Source: an uncultured Chloroflexia bacterium (GTDB taxonomy: Bacteria; Chloroflexota; Anaerolineae; CG2-30-64-16). From it: 64,000 nt of DNA. Both the position numbers and the translations under genes were made by a program. Positions 30,601-42,300 of the stretch are shown here, piece by piece. Location of the stretch: NCBI GenBank assembly GCA_963810095.1, contig CAWEMM010000007.1, positions 160,001-224,000 of the forward strand, read 5' to 3'. The notes under the pieces are model-generated. The model was not told the origin of the DNA and did no database searches. It worked only from the letters and a program-made list of their open reading frames with translations. Positions within the stretch are counted from its first letter, which is position 1; each line of letters starts with the position of its first letter.

Positions 30601-31864
30601 CTGATTCGAAGAGGTATTCGATGCGGGTCGTCGGGCCAGGCTCCGACAGGATTTCCAGCTTCAGGTAGTTGTCCTGGTCGTTGCCGAACCAGAGGCCGCC
30701 CTGCTCGTAGTTGCCCGTGCCGACGGGTGGGTTCACCACCGTGGTCTGGATGAGCGAGATCTGGTCGGGCGCATCCACGCCGACCGCGAGCGCGTTGTCC
30801 TGCGAGTTCGAGGTCCCAAACATCAGACCCTTGGTCGTGGTGACATTCAGCGTGCCCGTGCCGCTGGTGTCCACCCGCAGGTTCGCTGGGATATAGCCCG
30901 TCCCGTTGGTCGGCTGATCGATGTAGGTGAAGCCTGTGCCCACCCCGGCCCCATCGACGATTTTGCCCGCGTCTGTCGCGAAATCCAGCGTGTAGGGCGC
31001 GTGCACCAGGATTTCCGAGCAGGCCAGGGGCGAGCAAGTCGTGGCTGCAGCAACGTCAAGCGTCACGGTCGTCGTCGCTGCCGCGACCCCGTCGCCCGCG
31101 GCGGTCACGGTCGCAGTGTAAGCGCCCGGTTGAAGCCCGGAGGCGTCGACATTCAGCGTTCGTACTGCCGGCGTGCTTCCCTTGCGCCCGTTACCGAGCG
31201 GCTGGGGCGCCTCGAATGTCAGCCACGGGGCGCTGCTCGATAACTGGAAGTTCGCGTCCTTGCCATCGCTTGCGAAAATGCGCAGGGTCTTTTCATCACG
31301 CCCGCCCCGGGTCACATTGAAGTGCAGGCGCTCGGGGCCGAAGAGCAGCGCCCGGGGACCGTTGTGCGCCTGGAACTGCACGCTCTCCACTGCCGTCGAA
31401 CCATCGTTCAGGTCGATGGCGGCAATAAGTGTGTGCGGGCCGTTCGCCAGGGCGGCCGTGTCGAAGCCGCGGGGCTGCGCGCTCGCGTCCAGCCCGCCCA
31501 GGTCAAACGGCGGCTTATCCGCGACCGCGTCCGGCGTGAGCGCGGCAAGCGTGCCTTCCAGCGAGTCTTGTGCCGGGTCAATAAAATATCGCACGCGTGC
31601 GACCCCGGCGGGCGGGGTGACGAAGATGTAGGCCCTGCCCGAGAGGACGGCGACCTCGTCGAGTGCGACATGCCCGCCCCGGTTGGCCGAGCGGCTGATG
31701 TGGAGGCGGTAGTCGGCATGGCCGGCCTGAGCAGCCGCTGCCGCGGGCTTGGATGCTGCGCTTGGTGCGGCCGCACCCGAACTCGCCGCGGGGAACGCCA
31801 CCGCTGCGATTAGCAGGAGCGCAAGCAGCGCGAGGTAAGGACGAAGTTTGCTCGTTCGAGCCAT
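27635..31864 (-). CDS. Secreted multidomain protein: Ig/BACON-like, lectin-like, glucose/sorbosone dehydrogenase-type beta-propeller, Kelch repeats, Pro/Thr linker, small C-terminal domain; 2 frameshifts
   Basis: Signal peptide MARTSKLRPYLALLALLL. GSDH-type motifs PTAMVWGPDNRLYV, HFGPDGKLYIANGG, SSGLRNMYD. Kelch motifs GKLYVFAG, GKIYVAGG...VEVYDPATNSW, PRHG. Confidence 0.82.
27999..28156 (-). repeat. 45-bp coding tandem repeat, about 3.5 copies (ATATPTFTPTPTQAS)
   Basis: Repeat unit begins GGCGTGAACGT on the + strand every 45 nt; no unique spacers. Confidence 0.85.
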
Positions 31865-32060
31865 GTGAACCCCTTTGCTACGGGAATTGAGTCTGCGTGG
31901 CAACAACTACTGAAAGCCTGCCTGGCGCGCTATATTATGATTGCTATGTCTGTCTCGGTCATCGCCCCAATGACGCACGTTGGTGTAAGGCTTTTGTCTG
32001 CGTAGTGAACATCGGCACAAATAATTGAATGTCGGACCGGGACGAGAAGCACGGCAGTCG

Positions 32061-32089
32061 TTGACGAGCCGTGGCGGCGAGAGTATCAT
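32061..32089 (+). promoter_or_regulatory. Sigma70-type promoter for the ABC transporter
   Basis: TTGACG-17 nt-TATCAT. Confidence 0.55.
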
Positions 32090-32126
32090 GCCGAGAGCAG
32101 AGCTGGTGATGAGAGGGGACGATTGA

Positions 32127-34165
32127 ATGCACGACGGAGGTTGGTGGGCGTTTATACGCTATGACGAAAAGAGCGATAAGCCGCGAATCAGCGGCCCTTT
32201 GCTGCGCCGCGCACTGCGTTATGCCCGGCCTTACCGGGGCAAGATCATTGCGATGTTGGCCTTGGTGGTGGTGATCACGCTGCTTAACCTGATTCCGCCG
32301 CTGTTGACCCGCGCCTTGATCGACCAGGCGCTGCCGAACAAAGACCTGCGGCAGCTGACGCTGCTGGCGTTCGGCATGCTCGCAGTGCCGCTGGTGACCG
32401 GGTTGCTCGGCGTGGCGCAACGGTATTACAACGCCACGGTGGGCGAAGGGGTGATCAGCGACCTGCGCACCGGGCTGTTCAGCCATCTGCACAGCATGTC
32501 GCTGCGCTTCTTCACCAACACGAAGACCGGCGAGCTCATGTCGCGCCTCAACAACGACGTCATCGGCGCACAGCGGGCCGTTACCGGCACTTTTATCGAC
32601 CTGTTCGCCAACGTGATCACGCTGGTCAGCGCGCTGATCATCATGCTGAAGCTCGACTGGCGCCTCACGCTGCTGGCCGCCGCGGTCCTGCCGCTGTTCC
32701 TCATTCCCGCCCGGGTGCTGGGCAAGCGCGTTCGGGCGACGGTCCGCGAGCAGATGACCCTCAACGCCGAGATGAATGCGATGATGGACGAGACGCTCAA
32801 CGTCTCGGGCGCCCTGCTCGTCAAGCTGTTCGGCCGCAGCGCCAGCGAAGTGGGGCGATTCCGCGCGCGCGCCGAGCGGGTGCGCTGGGCCGGCGTTCGC
32901 AATTCCTACCTCATGCGCTGGTTCTTCCTCACCGTCAGCCTGATCAGCGCAGTGGGCACGGTCGTCGTGTTCTGGGTCGGCGGCTTGCTCGTGATCCAGG
33001 GCCAGTTCACGATCGGGACCGTGGTGGCGTTCACGGCCTACCTCGGCATGATGTACGGGCCGCTGTCCGCACTGACGAACGCGCGCATGGACATCTCGGC
33101 CTCACTGGTCAGCTTCGAGCGGGTCTTTGAAGTGCTGGATCTGCCGCAGGAGATCCGTGAGAAGCCCGGCGCGCTGCGGCTCGACACGGTGCAGGGGCAG
33201 GTGGAGTTCGCAAAGGTGTCCTTCAGTTATCAGCCCGGCGAGAGCGTGCCCGGCGCCACCGCCGTCGGCCTGAGCGAAGTGTCACGTTTTGGTTGGGGCG
33301 GCCACGGCATGAGCGTGCCGCTTTCGCAGGAGGGCGGGAAGCTCGAAAAGCGGACGCCCGTGACCGGACCCAAGAACGGCGTCCAGGCTGCGCCGGGCGC
33401 AACTGAGCCGCCCGGCGCTCGACGCAGAGAGCGACGACACGGGCACGCTTGGGGAAACGCGGTGGGCGCTGCGCGACGTTTCCTTTGCGGTCAAGCCCGG
33501 CCAACTGGCCGCGCTTGTGGGTCCGAGCGGCGCGGGCAAAACGACAATTACCTACCTGCTGCCCCGGCTCTACGACCCAACGAGCGGCTCGATCTGCATC
33601 GACGGGCACGATCTGCGCGATCTGACCCTGGAGACGCTTGCCGCCCAGATCGGCATGGTGACCCAGGAGACCTACCTGTTCAACGACACCATTCGGGCGA
33701 ACCTGGTGTATGCCCGCTCGGACGCGACGGATGCGGAGATCGAGGCTGCCTGCCGGGCCGCGAACATCCACGACTTCATCGCGGAGTTGCCCGAAGGCTA
33801 CGACACCGTGGTCGGCAACCGGGGTTACCGCTTGTCCGGTGGGGAGAAGCAGCGCATCGCCATCGCCCGGGTGATCCTCAAGGACCCGCGGATACTGGTG
33901 CTGGACGAGGCCACGTCATCGCTCGACAGCCAGTCCGAGGCGCTGATCCAGGAAGCGCTCGAGCGCATCATGCAGGGCCGCACGAGCCTGGTCATCGCCC
34001 ACCGGCTGAGCACCATCCTGGCGGCAGACATGATCCTCGTGCTCGAAAAGGGCCGACTGGTCGAGCGCGGCACCGCACGCGGAGCTGCTCGCGCGGGGCG
34101 GGCTGTACGCGTCGCTCTACGAGACGCAGTTCAGGTACGCGCGCGAGGGGGACTTGGCCGGTTAG
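32127..34165 (+). CDS. ABC exporter, fused permease + ATPase (MdlB/MsbA-like); frameshifts near 33420-33460 and 34075
   Basis: TM domain with [12 protein letters not shown]; Walker [10 protein letters not shown]; LSGGEKQR; [11 protein letters not shown]; IAHRLST. Confidence 0.9.
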
Positions 34166-34175
34166 CGGCCAAAGA

Positions 34176-34223
34176 GAAACCAGGTTTCTGCACTCCGGAT
34201 CAACTGAGGCGAAACCTGGTTTC
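34176..34223. repeat. REP-like inverted repeat, family A
   Basis: GAAACCAGGTTTC (34176-34188) and GAAACCTGGTTTC (34211-34223) between convergent genes. Confidence 0.75.
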
Positions 34224-34238
34224 CTAGACCCGCAGAGA

Positions 34239-34666
34239 CTAAGCGTCGTCGCGTTCGGGGTTGTCGAAGCGGAAGAAGTTGCTCTGGTTCCCGTTCTTCA
34301 GGTTCTCCTGGAAGAGCATAATCAGGTTCCGCTCGTCGAACGTCCTGAACCAGTCGTCCCAGTTGACCTCTTCGAGCCGTCCGGTATCACCGCCGGGGAA
34401 GTCAAACCGTAGAACGCCAGCCGCTCGCCATGCTCGGTGCCGCTAACGGTCGCGGGCACGGCCCCGCGTTCCTCCGCCCACTTCATGATGACCTCATGAT
34501 TACGCGTGACGAGCGACTGCCCGTCGTGTTCCGCGTGCTCGTCCGGGCCGCCAATCCACTTCGACCGCCGCGTCGAGTCGGAGAGCTTATCGCCCCACTT
34601 CTTCAGGTACTTCTTGTCGTCGTCCGAAACTCGCTCAGGCAGTTCTTTGCTCGAGAACTGTGTCAT
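34239..34666 (-). CDS. Conserved hypothetical protein; frameshift near 34420
   Basis: VTRNHEVIMKWAEERGAVPATVSGTEH continues in a shifted frame as LRFDFPGGDTGRLEEVNWDDWFRTFDERNL, a recognisable small uncharacterised family. Confidence 0.7.
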
Positions 34667-34940
34667 AGATTGTCGCCTCCCCGCGCATGCGCCTTGCCGC
34701 GGCAGCGCGGCGGTCCGCGCAGCGCGCTTTTGCGCTTAGGATAGGACGCTTATCCATAATTGTTTGTAGGCATGCGTATCTAAGGAAATAACATCTGATA
34801 GAAGGGGCCGGAAAACGGACCGAGCTTCGTCACCCATACTGGCATTTGGGATGTCGGGGTGCGGGTCGCCGGGGGGAACATGGGCATTCGTTGGAACGGA
34901 TGGGGTAACGCCGTATGAATTCCAACGTTTGGGATGGGGG

Positions 34941-34988
34941 CAGGGATTCTGCGCCAGCCGGCAACGCCGGCTGGCGCGGAATCCCCTG
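34941..34988. terminator. Strong hairpin downstream of the GEVED-domain gene
   Basis: CAGGGATTCTGCGCCAGCCGGC-aac-GCCGGCTGGCGCGGAATCCCCTG. Confidence 0.6.
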
Positions 34989-35034
34989 TCGTTCCAGCTA
35001 ATCACCCTTCCGGGCCGGGTGGTTATCCGTCGTG

Positions 35035-36360
35035 CTACCCGCGAAAAACCTTCCAGAGCCCGGCCACTAGCGCCATCGTCGTAGCAACGAGTGCACCTAC
35101 GAGGGGGAGGGCTGCCGGTGCAGCCGACCCACTGAACGCGCTCACGTTGACCGCATTCGGCCCGAACGACCAGCGGTAGTCCTCGACCTCGCCGTTGGTT
35201 GCGGAGCCGGTCGGCGACTTGGCGCTGGTGCAGCCACCGCCCGCGTCCTGCGCGTAGAGACGGAAGCGCGTATAGAAGCTGCCGCTGCCCGGTTGTACCG
35301 GCACAGCAAAAGTGAGCGTGCTCGTTCCAGTGTTTACCGGCACGTTCACCAGGATGTTCTCCGTTGGGTCCGTCATGTTGCCGTTGTTGTTCCAGTCGGC
35401 CCATCCGCTCAGGCATCCGGGCCCGCCGGTCACGATCACGTTCACCGAACCGCCGCCGTTCTTGCGTTGCCAGAGCACGCCCGGAGTCGGCGTCACCCCG
35501 TCTTCATCATCCGGACCTGCCACCGGGCCCTTGTCGTCGGCGAGAGCATCTGCCGAGGGGAGACCGTTGAGCTCGTAGGGATCGATCTGAGGCCCGAGGA
35601 AGAGGCTGCCGACAACATGGCGCGGGCCATTCGCCGCAAACGTCGTGCCGTAAGTCTCGGGCAGGTCGCCCCAGTCCAATGAAACCGTTCGAATGTCGTG
35701 GACAGTCAGGTCGGATGCGTCGGTCTTGCCGTCAATGAGCAGTTCAACTGCGCCAACACTGCTGAAGTTCGCACCGCTACCCCCCAGCGTCGTGAATGCG
35801 CCGAACGGCACGTAGTAGTCGATGGGTAGGGAACCGCCGGTTTGCCCTCCGGGCAGTGATATGGTTGCGGTCGAGGAGTTGGGGCCCGAGTAGATCGTGA
35901 ACTTGAGATCGATTGGCAGGTCATTCAGGAGGACCGAGATTGCCAGCCCGTTCTGGGTGCCAGCCTGGGTCAGGTCCACGCCTCCCAGCCCGCTGGGATT
36001 GAGCGTGATCGAGCCGTCCACGCCATCCCACTGGATCAACGTCTGTGCGATGATGCCGGTGTCCTGGCTGTGCAGCAGGTCGCTGGTAATCGCCTGCATG
36101 CTGGCTGTGCCCGGCGAACCAGATAGCACTGTGACCCGTACATCGCGCTCGGTTCCCAAGACGTTCGGGCCCGAGACGGAGCCCCCGGCAGGGTTGCCCA
36201 GCGAAGCAACTACCGGACCCTGAGCGGCATCGAAGTGATCGATGGTGACCACGGCATCGGGCGCCGCGCTGACAAATGACGCGGCGTACAGCATCAGCAA
36301 GCCAATCAGCAGCAAGGCGGAAATGAGGCGACGTGGCGTCGCGCGTAGCGGTCGTGGCAT
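35035..36360 (-). CDS. Secreted surface protein with GEVED domain and C-terminal PxAV-motif/TM anchor
   Basis: Signal peptide; DWGDLPETY, DDEDGV, GWADWNNNG, YTRFRL, NGEVEDY; ends GPNAVNVSAF...LPLVGALVATTMALVAGLWKVFRG. Confidence 0.82.
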   Translation of the reverse strand: MPRPLRATPRRLISALLLIGLLMLYAASFVSAAPDAVVTIDHFDAAQGPVVASLGNPAGGSVSGPNVLGTERDVRVTVLSGSPGTASMQAITSDLLHSQDTGIIAQTLIQWDGVDGSITLNPSGLGGVDLTQAGTQNGLAISVLLNDLPIDLKFTIYSGPNSSTATISLPGGQTGGSLPIDYYVPFGAFTTLGGSGANFSSVGAVELLIDGKTDASDLTVHDIRTVSLDWGDLPETYGTTFAANGPRHVVGSLFLGPQIDPYELNGLPSADALADDKGPVAGPDDEDGVTPTPGVLWQRKNGGGSVNVIVTGGPGCLSGWADWNNNGNMTDPTENILVNVPVNTGTSTLTFAVPVQPGSGSFYTRFRLYAQDAGGGCTSAKSPTGSATNGEVEDYRWSFGPNAVNVSAFSGSAAPAALPLVGALVATTMALVAGLWKVFRG

Positions 36361-36566
36361 GATGAGGTCTCCTTGATTGGTAGATCGTCCGCGGGCGAAA
36401 CGATCAGGGATGGAAATGTTCAAGCGACACGGTTGCTGACGCGCCTATTATCCATTACTAGAGGGAATTTAGCAAGTGGTTAATGCGGAGATTGTGCACA
36501 TCTTGTCCGACAACGGGCGGTTGTGGGAGCCTAGGCTCTGGCGGCCGCAGGCTCCCACGATGCAGA

Positions 36567-36728
36567 CTACTTTTTTTCCTGGGTCGACGAGAGGAAGCGG
36601 GTCACCTTCGTGCCACAGACCGGGCAGGTTCCCTGGGCCATCTTGCGGCCGTTGGGGGTTTCTTTGACCTCGCCGTTCTTCACCTCGCGCTTCTCGCGAC
36701 ACTTGACACAATAGGCTTCGAAATCCAT
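36567..36728 (-). CDS. 53-aa DUF5679-like zinc-ribbon protein (not in ORF track)
   Basis: Manual translation gives MDFEAYCVKCREKREVKNGEVKETPNGRKMAQGTCPVCGTKVTRFLSSTQEKK*. Two CxxC motifs; AAGGAG RBS upstream. Confidence 0.88.
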   Translation of the reverse strand: MDFEAYCVKCREKREVKNGEVKETPNGRKMAQGTCPVCGTKVTRFLSSTQEKK

Positions 36729-36926
36729 TCCTGTATCTCCTTTTCTGGTGTGCCCTACACGTTCTACTCCAAAGGATGATCAACATAGCCGTACGTTGCT
36801 GCGCTTTAGCTTACAAACGGCCAATCTGCAGGAGATTACGAATTTGTTCGAGGATTCACAAGTAACGCGGTTCGACCGCGAGAACTTGTCGGGATACAGG
36901 GTCTGTGGTAAGTTGGGCACGGCAGC

Positions 36927-37867
36927 ATGGGTTTCTCTCATCTGAAGCGTGAGTGTTCAGGAGTTGATTTCGTGGGCTGGCCTTCTGCGTTCTCCAGATG
37001 GAATGCTCGGTGCCAACAGAAGCGCCCGCGCGTTCCCTTCTTGAGTCTCCTGGTAGTCGCCGCCGCAGTCATGTTGGGTGTAGACATGGCTGCACCTGTG
37101 CTTGGTCCCGTTGCCGAATTCACCATCGATGTCGCCCTCTTTGCGATCCTCATCCCTGTCGTCGTGCGTCACCGCGTCTCGAGTGAGTCGCGAATGAAAC
37201 GCGAGGCCGCGGCCGCCCAGGAGGCGGCGCTGGCCGAAGACCGGCGCATGTTGGCGCGCGAGTTGCATGATTCGATCGCGCAGCACTTGTCTTATCTGCA
37301 CCTGAGACTCGACGAGTTGGCCCAAAAAGACAACGGCGTCGGGGCGTCCGCCGTAGCAACTGAGCTTGGACGGCTTCGCGAGGTGGCGAACGAAGCCTAC
37401 GAAGAGGTCTACTGCCTGATGTCGAGTCTGCGATCGGGTCCCGTCGGCCAGTTGGCTGACACCCTGCGCGCGCGGGCGACGCTCTCTGCGCATCAAGCGG
37501 GTTTCGACACGAGGATCATCCAGGTCGGAGAACCGCAGAGGCTAAAATCGTGCTATGAGCAGGAGATCACATTAATTGTCCGCGAGGCCCTGGCCAACGT
37601 AGAGAAGCATGCCCCGCGACGCACGTAGACGTCGCGATGCACTGGACGGCAGACCGGCTCGGCATCACGATTCGCGATAACGGCCAGGGCCTAGATGTCG
37701 CCAGAGATGGGAAGTCCGGGCATTTCGGACTGGAGATCATGAAGGAGCGCGCTGCGGAGATGGGTGGCGTGCTCAACGTTGACTCGCTTCCGGGCGAGGG
37801 GACTGTTGTCAGTCTGTCGGTGCCGATGTCTCGCGTGCTCGAGCCGGATACCGAGTCGACTGTGTAG
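36927..37867 (+). CDS. Membrane sensor histidine kinase, HisKA_3 type; frameshift near 37620; start uncertain
   Basis: Two TM segments; EDRRMLARELHDSIAQ; REALANVEKHA; IRDNGQG; HFGLEIMKERA. Confidence 0.85.
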
Positions 37868-37895
37868 TCCACGACACTGGGCCCAGGTGCTGCCA

Positions 37896-38547
37896 ATGCC
37901 ATCCGACGCTCTCACGGTCGTCGTTGTCGACGATCAATTGCTGTTCCGCCAGGGCCTTGCAGGCCTGCTGGCTGGCCAACCTGATTTCGCCGTCGTGGGC
38001 GAGGCGGGGACGGTCGCCGAGTCGATCGAGCAGGTGCGGCGGCTGCGTCCACGAATCGTGCTGATGGACTACGGGCTGCCGGATGGCACCGGGGCAGACG
38101 CTACCCGAGAGATCCTGGCACTCGAGCCCGCCACCAAGATCGTCATCCTCACGGTTCACGAAGAGGATGAGGTGCTGCTGGACGCAATCCGGGCCGCGCG
38201 CGAAAGGCTACCTGCTCAAGAACACCCGCGTGGAGCGCTTGCTGTCGTTTCTCCGTGCCATGGCAGAGGGCGCGCCAGCGCTCGAGCCCCAGACCACTGC
38301 ACGTCTCCTCGATGCGCTCGCGAAGCCTCGGAAGGCCGAACCCGACGCAGCCGCGCTGGCGCAACTCAGCGACCGCGAGCGCGCGGTGCTGGAGGCGCTG
38401 GCAGCGGGCAAGACCAACGCAGAAATCGGGCAAACCCTTTTCATCTCGGAGAACACCGTCAAGATCCATGTACGAAGAATCCTCGCGAAGCTCGGCCTCG
38501 AGAACCGCCGGGATGCTGCCAGGTACAAGCGGAGTGACAGTAGATGA
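37896..38547 (+). CDS. NarL/FixJ family response regulator (REC + LuxR HTH); frameshift near 38195
   Basis: VVVDDQLLFRQGL, VLMDYGLPDG, GYLLK, LSDRERAVL...TNAEIGQTLFISENTVKIHVRRILAKL. Confidence 0.92.
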
Positions 38548-38833
38548 CGTTTCCTCGCCTCTTGCAAGGGCTGGGGGGCACGATCAGGATCCCTACGTCA
38601 TTCCTCCCACCTGAATGTGGTTTTTAATACGCAAATCTCCCTCCTAAGTATTAGCTCTCCATTCTGTTTTGAAGCGGCCGAAGCTATCAATTGGACTCGA
38701 TAATGTATCCGTATTGTATTCGAGAATAAAGCTCCGGGTTATGGACCCACAGCGTGCACGGGTGTACGATACGATACGGAAGCAGTAGGGCCCACGGACT
38801 TTGTCTGCGACCTATTCGAGCGGCGGTGCAACT

Positions 38834-39202
38834 ATGAATTCCCCTGACAGGAAACACGAACAGCGGATTCTTGTCGTTGATCCTGGTTCACTGCTGGGGG
38901 CAGGTCTGGTTCATTTGCTGGCGTCGACAGTGCAGGCGGCGGAGGATCACTTCACAGACGTCCGTGTTGTAACGGACGAGAGCGAGGAGCTGGCCGGTGT
39001 ACTTCGAAGCTACCGGCCTCACATGGTAATCGTGACCGACCTTGGCTTCCCGTTCGGCTCCGAAGTTCAACACGCCCTCGATAACTCGGACCCGGTGCCA
39101 AGGATTATTCGCATTGGTCCGGATTGCAACGCGGCCTGCGTTCACGACCAATTTCGCGTTCAACTGAATGTGATTGGTGATCTGCTAGCTTTGATTCCCT
39201 AG
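38834..39202 (+). CDS. Hypothetical protein, possibly a degenerate receiver domain
   Basis: RILVVDPGSLLGAGLVHLL and YRPHMVIVTD resemble REC beta1/alpha1 and beta3; the canonical acidic pocket and Lys are not evident. Confidence 0.55.
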   Translation: MNSPDRKHEQRILVVDPGSLLGAGLVHLLASTVQAAEDHFTDVRVVTDESEELAGVLRSYRPHMVIVTDLGFPFGSEVQHALDNSDPVPRIIRIGPDCNAACVHDQFRVQLNVIGDLLALIP

Positions 39203-39314
39203 TTTCGTAAGTTGGTGGCGCAAGCAGGCGCCCAAGGAGGCACCCCCATTCAATGCGTCTTTTTCCCCTTGGCAGCAACCACCGCGAAGCCTGACTTAGT
39301 GAAGGAGAACCGAG

Positions 39315-42300
39315 ATGGGTAAACATAGAAAGCTAAATGTCCTGCTCTTGCTCGCCGTCATCACCTCGATGTTGTTGACGTGTGCAGCTTCAGGCGTGGT
39401 GCAGCCCCGGCTGTTCGCAGCCACGAGTGCTGCGAACAGCACCATTGCTGCGGCCTTGCCCGCAAGCCCCGTTGACGAAACGAAGGTGCCTCATTATTTC
39501 GGCCCCTATCCGAACTGGGCAAACAGCCCATTCACGCTCCCTGACGCGACGGTAACGATCTCAGGGGATGGCACTGGCGCCACGGCCGAAGCCACGGTCG
39601 GGGCGAACGGCACTGTCACCGGCATCACCATTACCAATCCCGGGAGTGGCTACACCGCCGCGACGATCTCGATCGCTGGATCGGGAAGTGGGGCCACCGC
39701 TAACGCGGTGATCACCTGACCGGCATCGTCACCGGCGTCGCTGTCACCAACGGAGGCGGCGGCTACAAGCCCGGTCGTAACCTTCTCCGGCGGCGGCGCG
39801 ACCACGCACGCCACAGCGACCGCGTATGGCGCCGTCGATACTGTCGCTCGTCGCTGACACCAACTCTGCAGCGGCTACACCATGCCGACGGTCGACTTCG
39901 ACTTCCCGGACGACCCGAACGGCACGATCGCCAAGGGCGCACGTGACTGTGGGAGTCAATTGCACCCCATGGCGCCGGCTACTACGTCACGGTCAAGGCA
40001 TCGTGGTGGACGATCCCGGCTCCGGGTACTCCGCACGCGCCGAACGTCGTGATTCGCGACGGCACCCAGGCCAACCCAATCAACAACAAGGCGAGCCGCG
40101 ACGATCTGCCGTGCGGGCTGAGGCGGCTAAGGTGGAGGCGGAAGGCGCGGTTCTGATCGAGGCGCAACCGCGCTTGCGCCCACTTGAACCGGCAACGGCC
40201 ACGGCTGTTGCCACGCTTAGTATCCAGAGCGTCGGCATGAAGACTTTCGGTGCGGGCTACACTTCGGCGCCGACCGTGACCTTCACGGATGCGACCGGGA
40301 CCGGCAGCGGCGCGGCTGGCTCCGCCACGATTACAGCCGGCGGCATCACCGGGGTGACCAACCTGGTAGGCGGCTCCGGCTACATCACGGCGGGCGGCAT
40401 CAAGAAGTTCGCCGACCCGCTGCCAGGGCTCTGCGATCCCGCAGGCATCCTGGCACCTACATGCCCGACTGCGGCCTCGCTGGCGGCCAATCCTCTCGCT
40501 AAAGCGATTCCGATCGGCGTCGCCGATAAATCGGGCCCATACCAGAGCCCGGTGCCTGCTCCTGGCGTCTCAGACACCTACGAGATTGCGCTCGTGCAGT
40601 ACAGGATGAGCTTCTCGTCGAGTCTGCCACCGACTACGCTCGTCAGGGGCTACGTCCAGATCGAGACGCCGTCGTTGCTGGCCGCTAACCCTGGGCTGGT
40701 GAGCGCGCACTTCCCGCTCACGAACGCCAATCTAGATCCGGCTCTACCTGACACGCCGGTGTTGATCAATGGGGTCCAGGCCTACGGCGTGACGCCTCCC
40801 CAGTACCTGGGGCCAGTCATTGTCACACCCAAGAACCATCCGGTGCGGATCGTGTTCCGCAACATGCTCCCGACTGGTAACGCGGGCGACCTGTTCCTGC
40901 CGGTGGACTCCTCCTTGATGGGGGCCGGCATGGGCACTGGGTGGGAGAACTACGATCCGGTGCCGGTGCCCGGTGGAACCGTGATGGACGATGTCCGCAA
41001 TCCTCGGTGCACCGGGGCGTATAGCGACGGGCTATTCTGCTTCCTCAAGAACCGGGCCACGCTGCATCTCCACGGTGGCAACACCCCGTGGATCAGCGAC
41101 GGCACGCCGCACCAGTGGATCTCCCCGGCTGGCGATACCACGACCTGGCCGCAGGGCGTCAGCGTAGGGAACGTTCCGGACATGAACGTCTGCACGGCCG
41201 CGGACGACGGCTGCCAGACCTTCTACTACACCAACCAGCAGAGCGCGCGGCTGATGTTCTACCATGACCACGCGTATGGCCTCACGCGCCTCAACGTCAT
41301 ACGCAGGTGAGGCGGCTGGCTACCTGATCACCGACGAGACCGAGACGAAGCTGATGGCCGCCGGCGGCGCCCTCGAAGGCCTCGGCATCGGCACTCCGCT
41401 AGTCATCCAGGACAAGACTTTCGTGCCGCAGCCACGAGCAGCTCAGCCTGGCAGGACCCGACCTGGGATTCCACCCGGTGGGGCGGTTACGGAAACCTGT
41501 GGTACCACCACGTCTACATGCCGGCGCAAAACCCGGGCGACCCGAGCGGCATGAGCGGCTACGGCCGCTGGATGTACGGGCCGTGGTTCTGGCCGCCTGC
41601 AGGGGACGCCAAGTACGGTCCGATCGCCAACCCTTACTACAACATGGACCCGGAAACAGGCTTCACGACACCCTGGCCGTGCCGTGCACCTTGGACGACC
41701 CGACCACCTGGCAGTACGACACGGACCCGTTCTGCGAACCTGCGTTGATCCCCGGCACGCCGAACATCTCGGCCGGCATGGAGCAGTTCAACGACACGCC
41801 GATCGTCAACGGAACGGCGTACCCGACCATCACCGTTGAGCCGAAGGCGTACCGTTTCCGCGTCCTGAACGCGGCCAACGACCGTTTCTTCAACTTCCAG
41901 TGGTACGTGGGCGATCCCACCACCGCAAGCACTGTTGTCGGGCCGACCGAGGTTGCTCTGAACCCAGCCGAAGTGGCGGCGGCGCAGACCGACCCGAACG
42001 TCTCCCCGAGCCCTACAAGAGCATAGTCGTGAACGGCGCTACCGTCGATCTCCAGGACCGGACTGGATCCTGATCGGCACCGAGGGCGGGTTCCTGCCGG
42101 CCCCGGTGGTCGTCGACGGCCAGCAGGTGACCACCTGGATCACCGACCCGACCGTCTTCCACGTCGGCAACGTGGACTTGTACTCCCTGCTGCTGGCGCC
42201 GGCCGAGCGGGCCGACGTGATCGTCGACTTCTCGCGTTCGCCGGCCAGACGCTGATCCTCTACAACGACGCCCCGGCTGCGTTCCCGGCTCGTATCGCAA

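Noticed and set aside
28691-30604. 637-aa plus-strand ORF and other long antisense ORFs (e.g. 10009..11292, 7892..9112, 58876..60207)
   Set aside because: Shadow frames of well-supported genes in GC-rich DNA; Arg/Gly/Ala-rich with no motifs.
36860-36885. CGCGGTTCGACCGCG resembling a tRNA T-arm
   Set aside because: No acceptor stem, D-arm, anticodon arm or CCA; only a small hairpin.
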